A DNA stretch of 50,115 nt. It comes from Candidatus Altiarchaeota archaeon. Its GTDB lineage: Archaea; Altiarchaeota; Altiarchaeia; IMC4; SCGC-AAA252-I15. The stretch lies in contig JAZDNF010000012.1 in the NCBI GenBank assembly GCA_043800255.1, positions 1-50,115 on the forward strand, given 5' to 3'. A model generated the notes under the pieces. The model searched no databases, was not told the origin of the DNA, and saw only the letters and a program-made list of their open reading frames with translations. The first letter of the stretch is position 1. The number at the start of each line of letters is the position of its first letter. Below, in pieces: positions 9,903 to 18,226 of this stretch. Both the position numbers and the translations under genes were made by a program.

Positions 9903-11480
9903 TTAATTTTTGGCGAACCTCGCCTTCACATAGGCTTCATCCAGCGCTAAGATGAATGACGCAGCCTTCGGGCCTCTTTCCCTGCCGATAAGGGTAGTAT
10001 AGATGGCCTTGAAAAGCTCAGGAGGCTTCAGGTTGCTAGCCCTTGCTATATCGTATATCCTCTTGTGGAAATCCTCATCCCGCCAGCTTTTCCCCAACTC
10101 AGACGCTATCATAGACAGCGCCTTCCCCTCTGCTCCGGTGACGTTAACCGGGGCATTTTCATCCAACAGCTTGAACCTCAGATGATCCGGACCATACCGT
10201 TCAACCCATTTCCTGGCGACAAGCACCCTCCTCTCAAGCCTCTCAGCGCTATAATCTGCATAGCCCATCAAGTCCACCTTCCTCTGAATCAGCTGCATAT
10301 TGGTGTCTGGGATGACCTGCGCCAGAACAGCACACAAGGTGAAAGGAACGCTAAGCCTCTCAGGTCGAGAGACCTGAGACAGCTCATACATCAGCTTCAA
10401 TTTAGAATCCCCACCCCCTGAGAAATACTCGAACTCGGCGCCATCGTACTCGTCAGTCATGTTAGGAATCTTTGACAGATCAATGTCCCGCTGCTTCTCA
10501 ATCCTCTTGTACATGAAAAACTTCAGCACCTCAGCCTCCCCGATCCGAAGCCACTCATCCAAGGTTATCACATTGCCTGCGGAGCTTGAAATCTTCTGCC
10601 CGTTCAAGGTGAAGAACTCATAGACTACTGGGACAGGAGTAGGCCAGTTGAATATCTTTTCGGAAATCAGTCTGCTGGTATCATACGAGCCGCCCACCGT
10701 AGCATGCTCCTTGCCGAACGGTTCACAGGTCACGCTGAAAAGCTTCCACCGGGCAGCCCACTCAACCCTCCAAGGAAGCTTACCCTCGCCCGTTCTTATA
10801 TTGGATTCACCCTTGTGCCCACAACCAACAACATCTTTCAACTCCTCTGACTGTGTTGACGGGCTGACAGCAGTACAACTATATTTGACTATGTCACCCC
10901 CATCCCAATTTTTTGCATGAGTAGTGGAAATTCTATGGCATTTTTTGCAGATAGGAGTCCAAGGGAGATAACTCTTAGGAAGTGGAAATTCTCTAAACTT
11001 ATTCAAGATATCAACAATCTCCTCAGAACTTTCCAACGCAACCTTGATGAGAGGATAAAATTTCCCGCTTCTGTAAAGCTCCCTCCCAGAATAATGCTCA
11101 GGCCTGACGCCAAACGCCTCCAACTCCTCCAAAAAGCTGCTGACAAAATGGTCGACGAAATTCTTATGCCCGCCGCATTCAGGCAAATCCGGAATATCAT
11201 AAACCGGCTTCCCCAGATGCGCAGACAACCACTCCATCCCACGAGGAGCCTTCCTCAACGGATCAGAATCATCAGCCACCCAGACAAGCCGCGCCTCCAA
11301 ACCCGACCTAGAAAGAGACTTCCGAACAGCATCACCCCGGATAACATCAGACGCATTCCCAATATGCGGAATCCCCGAAATACTGGTCCCAGTCTCGATA
11401 ACATGAGAACCCCCACGCCCCTCCAAAGACCTGGCAACCAGCTCAGACCAATGCTCCCTCGAACCCTCAGCCTCTCCCAT
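9903..11480 (-). CDS. lysS: Lysine--tRNA ligase, class I
   Basis: 'SGIPHIGN', 'GKLPWRVEWAARW', 'EPFGKEH', 'KISSSAGN', 'RGPK'. Confidence 0.97.
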   Translation of the reverse strand: MGEAEGSREHWSELVARSLEGRGGSHVIETGTSISGIPHIGNASDVIRGDAVRKSLSRSGLEARLVWVADDSDPLRKAPRGMEWLSAHLGKPVYDIPDLPECGGHKNFVDHFVSSFLEELEAFGVRPEHYSGRELYRSGKFYPLIKVALESSEEIVDILNKFREFPLPKSYLPWTPICKKCHRISTTHAKNWDGGDIVKYSCTAVSPSTQSEELKDVVGCGHKGESNIRTGEGKLPWRVEWAARWKLFSVTCEPFGKEHATVGGSYDTSRLISEKIFNWPTPVPVVYEFFTLNGQKISSSAGNVITLDEWLRIGEAEVLKFFMYKRIEKQRDIDLSKIPNMTDEYDGAEFEYFSGGGDSKLKLMYELSQVSRPERLSVPFTLCAVLAQVIPDTNMQLIQRKVDLMGYADYSAERLERRVLVARKWVERYGPDHLRFKLLDENAPVNVTGAEGKALSMIASELGKSWRDEDFHKRIYDIARASNLKPPELFKAIYTTLIGRERGPKAASFILALDEAYVKARFAKN

Positions 11481-11519
11481 GATAAAAGATAGGATTTATT
11501 GATAAAAACCAAGAATAAT

Positions 11520-11547
11520 ACGGCAGTGTGATGACGCGAACAACCAC
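11520..11547 (+). repeat. 28-bp exact direct copy of the 5' part of the C/D sRNA (11622-11649)
   Basis: acggcagtgtgatgacgcgaacaaccac occurs at both 11520 and 11622. Confidence 0.95.
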
Positions 11548-11550
11548 CTG

Positions 11551-11594
11551 CAACCTTTTTCTTTAAAAAGAAAAACGTTGACGAAAAAGAAACT
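11551..11594 (-). repeat. Palindromic dispersed element, copy 1
   Basis: Reverse complement agtttctttttcgtcaacgtttttctttttaaagaaaaaggttg; related to copies at 11687, 11814, 14523, 14701, 42597, 42668, 42848. Confidence 0.85.
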
Positions 11595-11596
11595 CT

Positions 11597-11608
11597 TAAA
11601 CTTATAAT
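11597..11608 (+). promoter_or_regulatory. Probable TATA box of the C/D sRNA
   Basis: taaacttataat about 15-25 nt upstream of the sRNA terminal stem. Confidence 0.45.
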
Positions 11609-11623
11609 ACGCAAATAACTAAC

Positions 11624-11683
11624 GGCAGTGTGATGACGCGAACAACCACTGACACATGATGACTGATGGGCGAGCTGACTGCC
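11624..11683 (+). ncRNA. Box C/D methylation-guide sRNA
   Basis: Terminal stem GGCAG/CTGCC; box C GTGATGA (11630-36), 12-nt guide, D' CTGA (11649-52), C' ATGATGA (11656-62), 12-nt guide, D CTGA (11675-78); canonical archaeal spacing. Confidence 0.92.
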
Positions 11684-11877
11684 ACGAACCCTTTTCTTTG
11701 GAAAAGAAAAGCGTTCACGGAAAAGAAATTGCAGTCAGTGCTGGTGAGCGAAGCGAAATCCAGCACATTTGATCAACCTTTGGAAAAGGTTGTGAGGTGA
11801 GCTGACTGCCACGAACCCTTTTCTTTGGAAAAGAAAAGCGTTCACGGAAAAGAAATTACAGTCGTGCTGGTGAGCGA
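11672..11877 (+). repeat. About 80-bp near-exact direct repeat (11672-11751 and 11799-11877) holding the sRNA 3' end and a palindromic element; short palindrome caacctttggaaaaggttg (11774-11792) lies between the copies
   Basis: Direct comparison: one substitution and a 1-nt indel. Confidence 0.92.
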
Positions 11878-11878
11878 G

Positions 11879-12757
11879 ATGAAAGAGGAGATTAACAGAG
11901 CGTTGGAGCATATGATGGAGACCAACAGCATACGGAAGGTCTTCTGGCACATGGATGAGAAAGTGGACAGACTGCGGTTCGGGATACGACAGGGGGATGA
12001 CGCAGTAGTGGTTGACAAAATGGTCGTGAACATGGAAGGCCCGTATCCTCTCAAGATAGGCAGGAAGGCAGGTCTGGTCCACACATGCAGCGACATCGTC
12101 ATCATGGGCGCTAAGCCGCTGTTCGCGTTGAACAGCATGCAGGTCGACTCCATCAGAGAAGCTAAGGAGGTTTCAGAGGACGTTAAAAAACAGAGCAACG
12201 GCTTGGATGTGCCGGTAATAGGCGGGAACACGCAGATGGAAAACGACCTGAAACCGTGCATATCTTTCACCGTGTTCGGCAGACTCCAAGGCAAGCCGAT
12301 ACCGGACGCAGGATGCGAAGCAGACGACAGGATACTGATGCTGGGCGACATCGTCGAAGGCTCAATCGGGGAGAGAGTCTACCGGGCCACGACAAAATTC
12401 AACACCTACCTTGAGATTTTGGAAAAGAAAATCATCGTGAATGCTTCAAAGGACGCCTCACGGGGCGGCTGGTTCGGAAACCTCGCTGAGATGCTCGTCA
12501 AAAGCAAAAAAGGCGTCAAGATCACAAGCATACCCTACCCCAGGTTCACAAGGTACATGGGCACTTACCTGATCAGCGTCCCCGCAAATGATGTTGACAA
12601 CATCATCTCAATCGCATCAAAAAACAAGTGCCCGGTGGTTGAGATAGGAACCATATTGAAGGAACCTAAGATGCTGATCGGGAGAAAAGTCGTCGTGTCC
12701 AAACAGAGAATGCAGCAGATGATACGACAATTCCCATTCAGAACAGGAAAGATTTAA
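11879..12757 (+). CDS. AIR synthase (PurM-like superfamily) related protein
   Basis: 'GDDAVV', 'SDIVIMGAKPL', 'VIGGNT', 'KDASRGG'; ATG at 11879 follows GGTGA, and the track's upstream extension lies in repeat DNA. Confidence 0.8.
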   Translation: MKEEINRALEHMMETNSIRKVFWHMDEKVDRLRFGIRQGDDAVVVDKMVVNMEGPYPLKIGRKAGLVHTCSDIVIMGAKPLFALNSMQVDSIREAKEVSEDVKKQSNGLDVPVIGGNTQMENDLKPCISFTVFGRLQGKPIPDAGCEADDRILMLGDIVEGSIGERVYRATTKFNTYLEILEKKIIVNASKDASRGGWFGNLAEMLVKSKKGVKITSIPYPRFTRYMGTYLISVPANDVDNIISIASKNKCPVVEIGTILKEPKMLIGRKVVVSKQRMQQMIRQFPFRTGKI

Positions 12758-12777
12758 CAGCAAACAACTTGCTTAAC

Positions 12778-13014
12778 TCAGTGAAATTCTTTATCGTATT
12801 CTCGCTTAAGCCACCACTGGTTTTGTCTGCCTACTTTTCGGTATCTTATCTTTCCTTCCGCTTGTAATTTGAATAGGTGTATTTGAGCGGTCTGCCAACT
12901 TATGTTTGCCACTCTTGCTATGTCCTCTGTTGTACTAGGCCATTCTAATGTCAGCATGTGTGACAGTATTTTTTCGTCTATCTCTTTGCCCCGGGGTTGT
13001 TTCACAGTAAACAA
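12778..13014 (-). CDS. Small winged helix-turn-helix protein
   Basis: 'STTEDIARVANISWQTAQIHLFKLQAEGKI..RKVGR..QWW' wHTH pattern; start uncertain. Confidence 0.8.
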   Translation of the reverse strand: MFTVKQPRGKEIDEKILSHMLTLEWPSTTEDIARVANISWQTAQIHLFKLQAEGKIRYRKVGRQNQWWLKREYDKEFH

Positions 13015-13116
13015 TTGCAGTCTTTACATATAAAGTTATCATACAAAGTTATGATATAACGTAATATATGTCTCACTTTTAAAGCTTAGCCATTCATATT
13101 TAATCAGGTAGTTTGG

Positions 13117-13782
13117 ATGAATTATCGAACATATCTAACACTAGTCTTCTCTCTTCTAGTTTTTTCTTCTGGATGCATTACAACACCAGAAAAGACCAAT
13201 GTCCTGTATGAATGTCCTAACGGCCAGCTTGTTGAAAACCGGAGTAAATGTCCGACAATTGGTGAAGAACCTAAACCTGTGACTACCATTAGGCAAACTA
13301 CGGCAGCAGCTACAACTACACCCACTACGGTTAAAGAGGTCGTCGTTAAGACCCCAAAAACTTACGAGATTGGAGACACCATAAGTGGCGGAAATCTGGC
13401 CGTTAAAGTTAACTCAGTGAGGAAAACGGATAAACTCACTACAACCATGGACTTAGGAGAGACGTATACATATGAGCAAGAACCCGAATCAGGATTTCAG
13501 TATTTAATAGTCGATATTAGCGTGGACAACATTGGCGACATAAGTGAAGCTATCAGCACTCTGATGCAAATGACGGTTCACGACGGGGAGGGATATACTT
13601 ACGACCAGGACATTATGACTGCGGGATTCCTAAGCAAATCATTTAAAGGCGGAGAGTTATCGCCGGGTATGAAAATGAGGGGGGACGTTGCATTTCAAGT
13701 ACCTAAGACCGCCACTGATTTACAGTTCATTTTCGATTATGAGTTCTTTGGCGTTGGTCAAGCGATAATCGATTTAGAGTAG
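13117..13782 (+). CDS. DUF4352-type Ig-like lipoprotein
   Basis: Lipobox 'FSSGC', Thr-rich linker, 'YEIGDT', 'GELSPG...RGDVAFQVP'. Confidence 0.8.
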   Translation: MNYRTYLTLVFSLLVFSSGCITTPEKTNVLYECPNGQLVENRSKCPTIGEEPKPVTTIRQTTAAATTTPTTVKEVVVKTPKTYEIGDTISGGNLAVKVNSVRKTDKLTTTMDLGETYTYEQEPESGFQYLIVDISVDNIGDISEAISTLMQMTVHDGEGYTYDQDIMTAGFLSKSFKGGELSPGMKMRGDVAFQVPKTATDLQFIFDYEFFGVGQAIIDLE

Positions 13783-13792
13783 GGAATAATTC

Positions 13793-14488
13793 ATGAGTTT
13801 AACAAAATCCACTAACGAAAAAGAGAGTGGGTTGAGCCTAGAGAAATTAATTGCTGTCATTATTTGCAGTTTTGTGTTAAGTTTAGGTCTTACGCTATTG
13901 TTAGTTTACATACACAATCTGCTGGCAATTGTTGGTTTTTTTATCGGGATAGTTGTGTTCACATATTGGTTATACCATTCCACTAGTGTAAAACGGATGA
14001 TTGGTAAGGGTTTGATAGTGCTCGCTATTGAATCATTCTCTCTCCCCATAGTTATGTTGATTTTCACAGTGATTTTTGTTTCAACAAAAACTGAGGGGGC
14101 GGCTGAGGGATTAGGAGCTGCGATCGGCGGTAGCATAGTCACGTTATTTGCAGTAGTTGTTGGTTTCTTTCTGGGAGTAATATTTTTGATTGTTGGTTAT
14201 TTCACCCTAAAAAGCAGTTCCAGCGAAACACAATCTACCCCCAAAAAAAGTTTAGATGCGGAATATGGATCAAAATCTGTCACCCCGGCTAAATCAACAA
14301 CACAACCCTCAGAAGAATTTACGAAAGGTACATTCTTCTGGCTTGTGATACTTGGTTCGTTATTATGGATTGTTATGCCCATAATAACACTCTACAAGTG
14401 GGTGAACCATAGTAAACACACGAGAATTTATGTGGCAGCAACAATCCTAAGCTTCTTCTTAATGCTCTTTTGGGCGATTATCCTCTAA
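13793..14488 (+). CDS. Hypothetical multi-pass membrane protein
   Basis: About six hydrophobic segments with a Ser/Thr/Lys linker. Confidence 0.7.
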   Translation: MSLTKSTNEKESGLSLEKLIAVIICSFVLSLGLTLLLVYIHNLLAIVGFFIGIVVFTYWLYHSTSVKRMIGKGLIVLAIESFSLPIVMLIFTVIFVSTKTEGAAEGLGAAIGGSIVTLFAVVVGFFLGVIFLIVGYFTLKSSSSETQSTPKKSLDAEYGSKSVTPAKSTTQPSEEFTKGTFFWLVILGSLLWIVMPIITLYKWVNHSKHTRIYVAATILSFFLMLFWAIIL

Positions 14489-14522
14489 CTTACTCGAACC
14501 CGCCCACTCAAGTATCCGTGAA

Positions 14523-14577
14523 ATTTCTTTCTTTTTCGTACACGTTTTTCTTTCTTTGGAAAAGAAAGAAAAAGGTG
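14523..14577 (+). repeat. Palindromic element abutting the tRNA-Phe 3' end; may double as a U-tract terminator
   Basis: atttctttctttttcgtacacgtttttctttctttggaaaagaaagaaaaaggtg. Confidence 0.85.
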
Positions 14578-14651
14578 TGCCGCTGGCGTGATTTGAACAC
14601 ACGACACCCAGGTCTTCAGCCTGGTGCTCTCCCAATCTGAGCTACAGCGGC
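14578..14651 (-). tRNA. tRNA-Phe (GAA), CCA not encoded
   Basis: Reverse complement GCCGCTGTAGCTCAGATTGGGAGAGCACCAGGCTGAAGACCTGGGTGTCGTGTGTTCAAATCACGCCAGCGGCA folds to a cloverleaf. Confidence 0.97.
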
Positions 14652-14700
14652 GAATATTAACAATTAATTCGCACTTAAGTAATGAGAGTATTAGGTTATA

Positions 14701-14810
14701 AGTTTTCTTTTCGTCAATGCAAACGAGACTTTGTCTCGTTGCGCACGAAGACCTTGGTCTTCGTTGCGTTTTCTTTTTTAAAAGAAAAGGTTGATGCTGA
14801 GCTACAGCGG
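14701..14810 (+). repeat. Palindromic element with two internal hairpins, followed by a 14-bp copy (14797-14810) of the tRNA-Phe 5' region (14637-14650)
   Basis: agttttcttttcgtcaa[..aacgagactttgtctcgtt..acgaagaccttggtcttcgt..]cgttttcttttttaaaagaaaaggttg atg ctgagctacagcgg. Confidence 0.85.
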
Positions 14811-14869
14811 TTTCGTGTAAGCGGGGGTGATGTCAGCGAGACTCTGTCTTGCGCTGACAGCCGCGGAGA

Positions 14870-15130
14870 TTAGTCAACAATCTCGAGTTCCGTGCCCAGC
14901 GCCTGCCCTGGGAGGCCCTTCTCGAATTTCACCAGAACCTGGCCTTTGCCGCCGTGGGTTTTCGAGACCTCGCCGTTTATCTTGTTGCCGCCTGGCGTCG
15001 TCCACACCGCCTTCTTCTTCATCAGCTTTTTCGAGTCCTCTTTCGTCTTAACGCCCTCAACATGGACTACGAGCTGGTTGGGTTTCTGCGTGTGCCTTCC
15101 TCCCCGGTAGTTTACAATCGTTCCCTTCAT
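14870..15130 (-). CDS. rpl35ae: 50S ribosomal protein L35Ae (eL33)
   Basis: 'IVNYRGGRHTQKPNQ', 'KTHGGKG', 'F..GLPGQALG'. Confidence 0.95.
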   Translation of the reverse strand: MKGTIVNYRGGRHTQKPNQLVVHVEGVKTKEDSKKLMKKKAVWTTPGGNKINGEVSKTHGGKGQVLVKFEKGLPGQALGTELEIVD

Positions 15131-15198
15131 AGTGCATTAATTATTTCAGTCAAGTATAATAAGCATTTATATTAGCGATTTCTTAATAGAATACCTCG

Positions 15199-15756
15199 AT
15201 GAAGGAGATAAGATTTCACGGACGGGGAGGCCAGGGTGCTGTGACCGCCGCGTATATATTGGCTTCGGCGGCGTTCTTGGACGGCAAATACACGCAGGCT
15301 TTCCCCAAATTCGGCGTTGAGAGGCGCGGCGCCCCTGTTGAGGCTTTCGCAAGGATTTCTGACAAATTCATACGGGAGAAATCGCAAGTATACCAACCAG
15401 ATTACATTGTGATACTGGATTCAACCCTGCTGGGGCCGAAGGAGTCGGCAGATAAGGGCATACTTTACGGCCTGAAGGAGGAAGGGACCATCATAATAAA
15501 CACGAACAAATCTGCTGAAGACCTCGGACTGGGAGGATACGATGTTAGGAGCGTTGACGTGTCACAACTCGCAATCGAGGTCCTTGGCAGGGACATAGTA
15601 AATACCGCGATGCTCGGGGCGTTCGCAGGATTCACCGGCGAGGTGAGCAAGGAATCGATACACGAAGGTATCAAGGAGCAGTTCAAGGGCAGCCTGGCTG
15701 AGAAGAACATAACACTGGTGGATAAGGTATATGAAAGAGCAAAAGGGAAAGGTTGA
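15199..15756 (+). CDS. porC: Pyruvate/2-oxoacid:ferredoxin oxidoreductase gamma subunit
   Basis: 'EIRFHGRGGQG', 'FGVERRGAPV', 'NTAMLGA'. Confidence 0.95.
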   Translation: MKEIRFHGRGGQGAVTAAYILASAAFLDGKYTQAFPKFGVERRGAPVEAFARISDKFIREKSQVYQPDYIVILDSTLLGPKESADKGILYGLKEEGTIIINTNKSAEDLGLGGYDVRSVDVSQLAIEVLGRDIVNTAMLGAFAGFTGEVSKESIHEGIKEQFKGSLAEKNITLVDKVYERAKGKG

Positions 15757-16054
15757 CTTCAATAAGCTAAAAAGCAGGCTGGGGACGGCGGAGATAACGT
15801 TTGGCGGAGTGCTCCCAAGCAACGGCTCAACCGCATTGAACAAGACAGGCAGCTGGAAGTCGATGCGGCCTGTCACAGACCACAGCAAGTGCATAGCATG
15901 CGGGATGTGCTGGAGCGTCTGCCCTGAGGGTTGTATCTACGTCAGGGAGGAGGACGGGAGATTCCAGTCGAACTACGACTACTGCAAGGGCTGCGGCATA
16001 TGCCCGACAGTCTGCCCGGTCAAGTGTATAACAATGGTTATTGAGGAGAAATGA
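15731..16054 (+). CDS. porD: Pyruvate/2-oxoacid:ferredoxin oxidoreductase delta subunit
   Basis: 'KTGSW', CxxCxxCxxxCP and 'YDYCKGCGIC...CP'; start uncertain. Confidence 0.95.
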   Translation: MKEQKGKVDFNKLKSRLGTAEITFGGVLPSNGSTALNKTGSWKSMRPVTDHSKCIACGMCWSVCPEGCIYVREEDGRFQSNYDYCKGCGICPTVCPVKCITMVIEEK

Positions 16055-17223
16055 AGACTGTAATAGAAGCATCACATGCTATTGCAGAGGCTGTGAAGCA
16101 GGCAAAGCCAGATGTGATAGCAGCCTATCCGATAACTCCTCAGACGCACATAGTCGAAAAGCTTTCGGAAATGGTTGCCGACGGGGATCTTGATTGCGAA
16201 TACATCAACGTTGAATCTGAGTTTAGCGCAATATCGGCATGCCTCGGAGCATCCGCGACAGGCACCAGGACATACACTTCGACATCATCGCAGGGTCTCG
16301 CGCTCATGCACGAGGTGCTGTTCATAGTCTCAGGCATGAGACTGCCGGTCTGCATCTCCTTGGTCAACAGGGCGCTGTCAGCTCCAATCAACATCTGGAA
16401 CGACCACCAGGACAGCATATCAGCCAGAGACGCGGGTTGGATTCAGATGTACGTCGAAACCGCGCAGGAAGCATATGATATGAGCCTTATGCAGTTCAAG
16501 ATATCGGAAGATCAGAATGTCATGCTGCCGTCGATGGTGTGCATGGACGGTTTCACCCTCTCGCACGTGTACGAGCCGGTGAACTTTTACGAACAGAAGC
16601 ATGTTGATGAATTCATACCAGAATACCAGCCGTACCATGCTGTTTTGGACCCGCAGCAGCCTATCACACAGGGACCAATAGGATTCCCGTCACATTACAT
16701 GGAATTTAGAGGCGCGCAAGAGAGAGCCCTAAAAGAGTCCTTAAAGGTGATTGGAAAGGTTTACAAGGAATTCTCAACTAAATTCCCAATGCAGATAGCA
16801 GACTCGCGCCCGAAAAAGTACGGACACGTGGAAGAATACAGGACAGATGATGCGGACATCGTCTTAGTTGCCATGGGATCGGTCTGCGGGACCATAAAAG
16901 TCGTCATAGACAGACTGAGGGAGAAGGGAGAGAAGGTAGGGCTTCTGAAGCTGATAACTTACCGGCCGTTCCCAGCCGACGTGCTCAGGGAAGCCTTGAA
17001 GGACGCCAAAAAGGTTGCGGTTGTCGAGAAGGCCTTTTCCGCGGGGTTCGGCGGCGTCCTCTACAGTGAGCTGGCTTCGGTCCTGTATGAGAACGAGAGG
17101 CAACCAGAGCTGAGGAATTTTATAGTAGGCTTAGGGGGGAGGGACGTCACACTAGAGCACGTGAAAAAGATAGTTGAGAAGACGAAAAAAGGCGAAGGAA
17201 ACAGGGAGGAGTGGATGTTCTAA
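16051..17223 (+). CDS. porA: Pyruvate/2-oxoacid:ferredoxin oxidoreductase alpha subunit
   Basis: 'AYPITPQT', 'VESEFSA', 'TSSQGLALM', 'GLGGRD'. Confidence 0.96.
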   Translation: MKTVIEASHAIAEAVKQAKPDVIAAYPITPQTHIVEKLSEMVADGDLDCEYINVESEFSAISACLGASATGTRTYTSTSSQGLALMHEVLFIVSGMRLPVCISLVNRALSAPINIWNDHQDSISARDAGWIQMYVETAQEAYDMSLMQFKISEDQNVMLPSMVCMDGFTLSHVYEPVNFYEQKHVDEFIPEYQPYHAVLDPQQPITQGPIGFPSHYMEFRGAQERALKESLKVIGKVYKEFSTKFPMQIADSRPKKYGHVEEYRTDDADIVLVAMGSVCGTIKVVIDRLREKGEKVGLLKLITYRPFPADVLREALKDAKKVAVVEKAFSAGFGGVLYSELASVLYENERQPELRNFIVGLGGRDVTLEHVKKIVEKTKKGEGNREEWMF

Positions 17224-17224
17224 C

Positions 17225-18136
17225 ATGGCTATCGCAGGACTACCGGAGGAGGAATACTTTTCAAAAGGCCACAGAGCCTGCGCAGGATGCGGGGCGGCGA
17301 TAGCGATGAGGCTGCTCACAAAAGCGGCCGGTCCTGACACCGTACTGGTCGAGTCAACGGGCTGTATGGAGGTTATCAGCACACCCTACCCTGAAACCGC
17401 ATGGAAGCTGCCGTGGATACACGGCGCCTTCGAGAACAACTCGTCAATAGGCACCGGCGTCGAGGCAGCCCTGAAAAGGCTCGGCAGAAAAGCTAATGTT
17501 GTCGTCTTCGGAGGAGACGGCGCAACATACGACATAGGATTCGGTGCCATATCAGGCATGTTCGAGAGAGGAAACAACATAACCTACGTGTGCTACGACA
17601 ACGAAGCCTACATGAACACAGGGATACAGAGGAGCAGCTCAACGCCGTTCGGCGCGTCGACAACAACCTCACCCTCAGGAAAGAAAAGCATAGGGAAGCC
17701 CCAGTGGAAGAAGGACATCATACACATCATCGCAGCACACGGTTCACCTTATGTCGCAACAGCAAGCATAGCATACACGCAGGACGTGTACAAGAAGATA
17801 AAGAAGGCCATTGAGACTGAAGGCCCGACCTTCGTCAACGTCTACTGCGGCTGCGTTCCAGGATGGAAGTACCAGCCTGAGAAGACAATCGAACTGTCAA
17901 AACTGGGGGTCGAGACCGGAGTAACGCCAATATTTGAGATAACAGGGGGCAAACACAAGCTGAATATGCCTCGGAATGTCGACAAACTGAAGCCTGTTGA
18001 GGACTACCTTAAGCCTCAGGGAAGGTTCAGACACCTCTTCATTCCCGAGAAGGACGAGAAAAACCTCGCTTTTATACAGGAAAAGGTTAAGGATAACCTC
18101 AAACTCCTGCTGAAGTACGAGGAGTGCGACTTATAA
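17225..18136 (+). CDS. porB: Pyruvate/2-oxoacid:ferredoxin oxidoreductase beta subunit
   Basis: 'GHRACAGCG', TPP motif 'GGDG...DIG', 'YDNEAYMNTGIQRS'; ATG at 17225. Confidence 0.96.
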   Translation: MAIAGLPEEEYFSKGHRACAGCGAAIAMRLLTKAAGPDTVLVESTGCMEVISTPYPETAWKLPWIHGAFENNSSIGTGVEAALKRLGRKANVVVFGGDGATYDIGFGAISGMFERGNNITYVCYDNEAYMNTGIQRSSSTPFGASTTTSPSGKKSIGKPQWKKDIIHIIAAHGSPYVATASIAYTQDVYKKIKKAIETEGPTFVNVYCGCVPGWKYQPEKTIELSKLGVETGVTPIFEITGGKHKLNMPRNVDKLKPVEDYLKPQGRFRHLFIPEKDEKNLAFIQEKVKDNLKLLLKYEECDL

Positions 18137-18226
18137 AAGGGTAGGCTCCGACTTATCTTTTTAAATATGTGTTCATAATTTTACAATAGGGGGTTAATTA
18201 ACGATAAAATTTGAGGTTGAGGGGTT

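Noticed and set aside
11255-11614. Track ORFs over the lysS start and repeat region
   Set aside because: Off-frame products of skewed composition and repeat DNA
11520-11877. Possible mini CRISPR array
   Set aside because: Two different duplicated units, no constant repeat-spacer period and no cas genes; explained by the C/D sRNA and palindromic elements
11825-11878. N-terminal extension of the AIRS-like ORF in the track
   Set aside because: TTG lies inside the repeat element; ATG 11879 has a proper RBS
11879-12757. selD, thiL or purM assignment
   Set aside because: No N-terminal Cys/Sec-x-x-Lys of SelD and no diagnostic ThiL or PurM motifs; only superfamily level is supported
14490-14510. 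T-loop-like gcgggttcgagt on the minus strand as a tRNA remnant or att site
   Set aside because: Too short, does not match tRNA-Phe and has no cloverleaf
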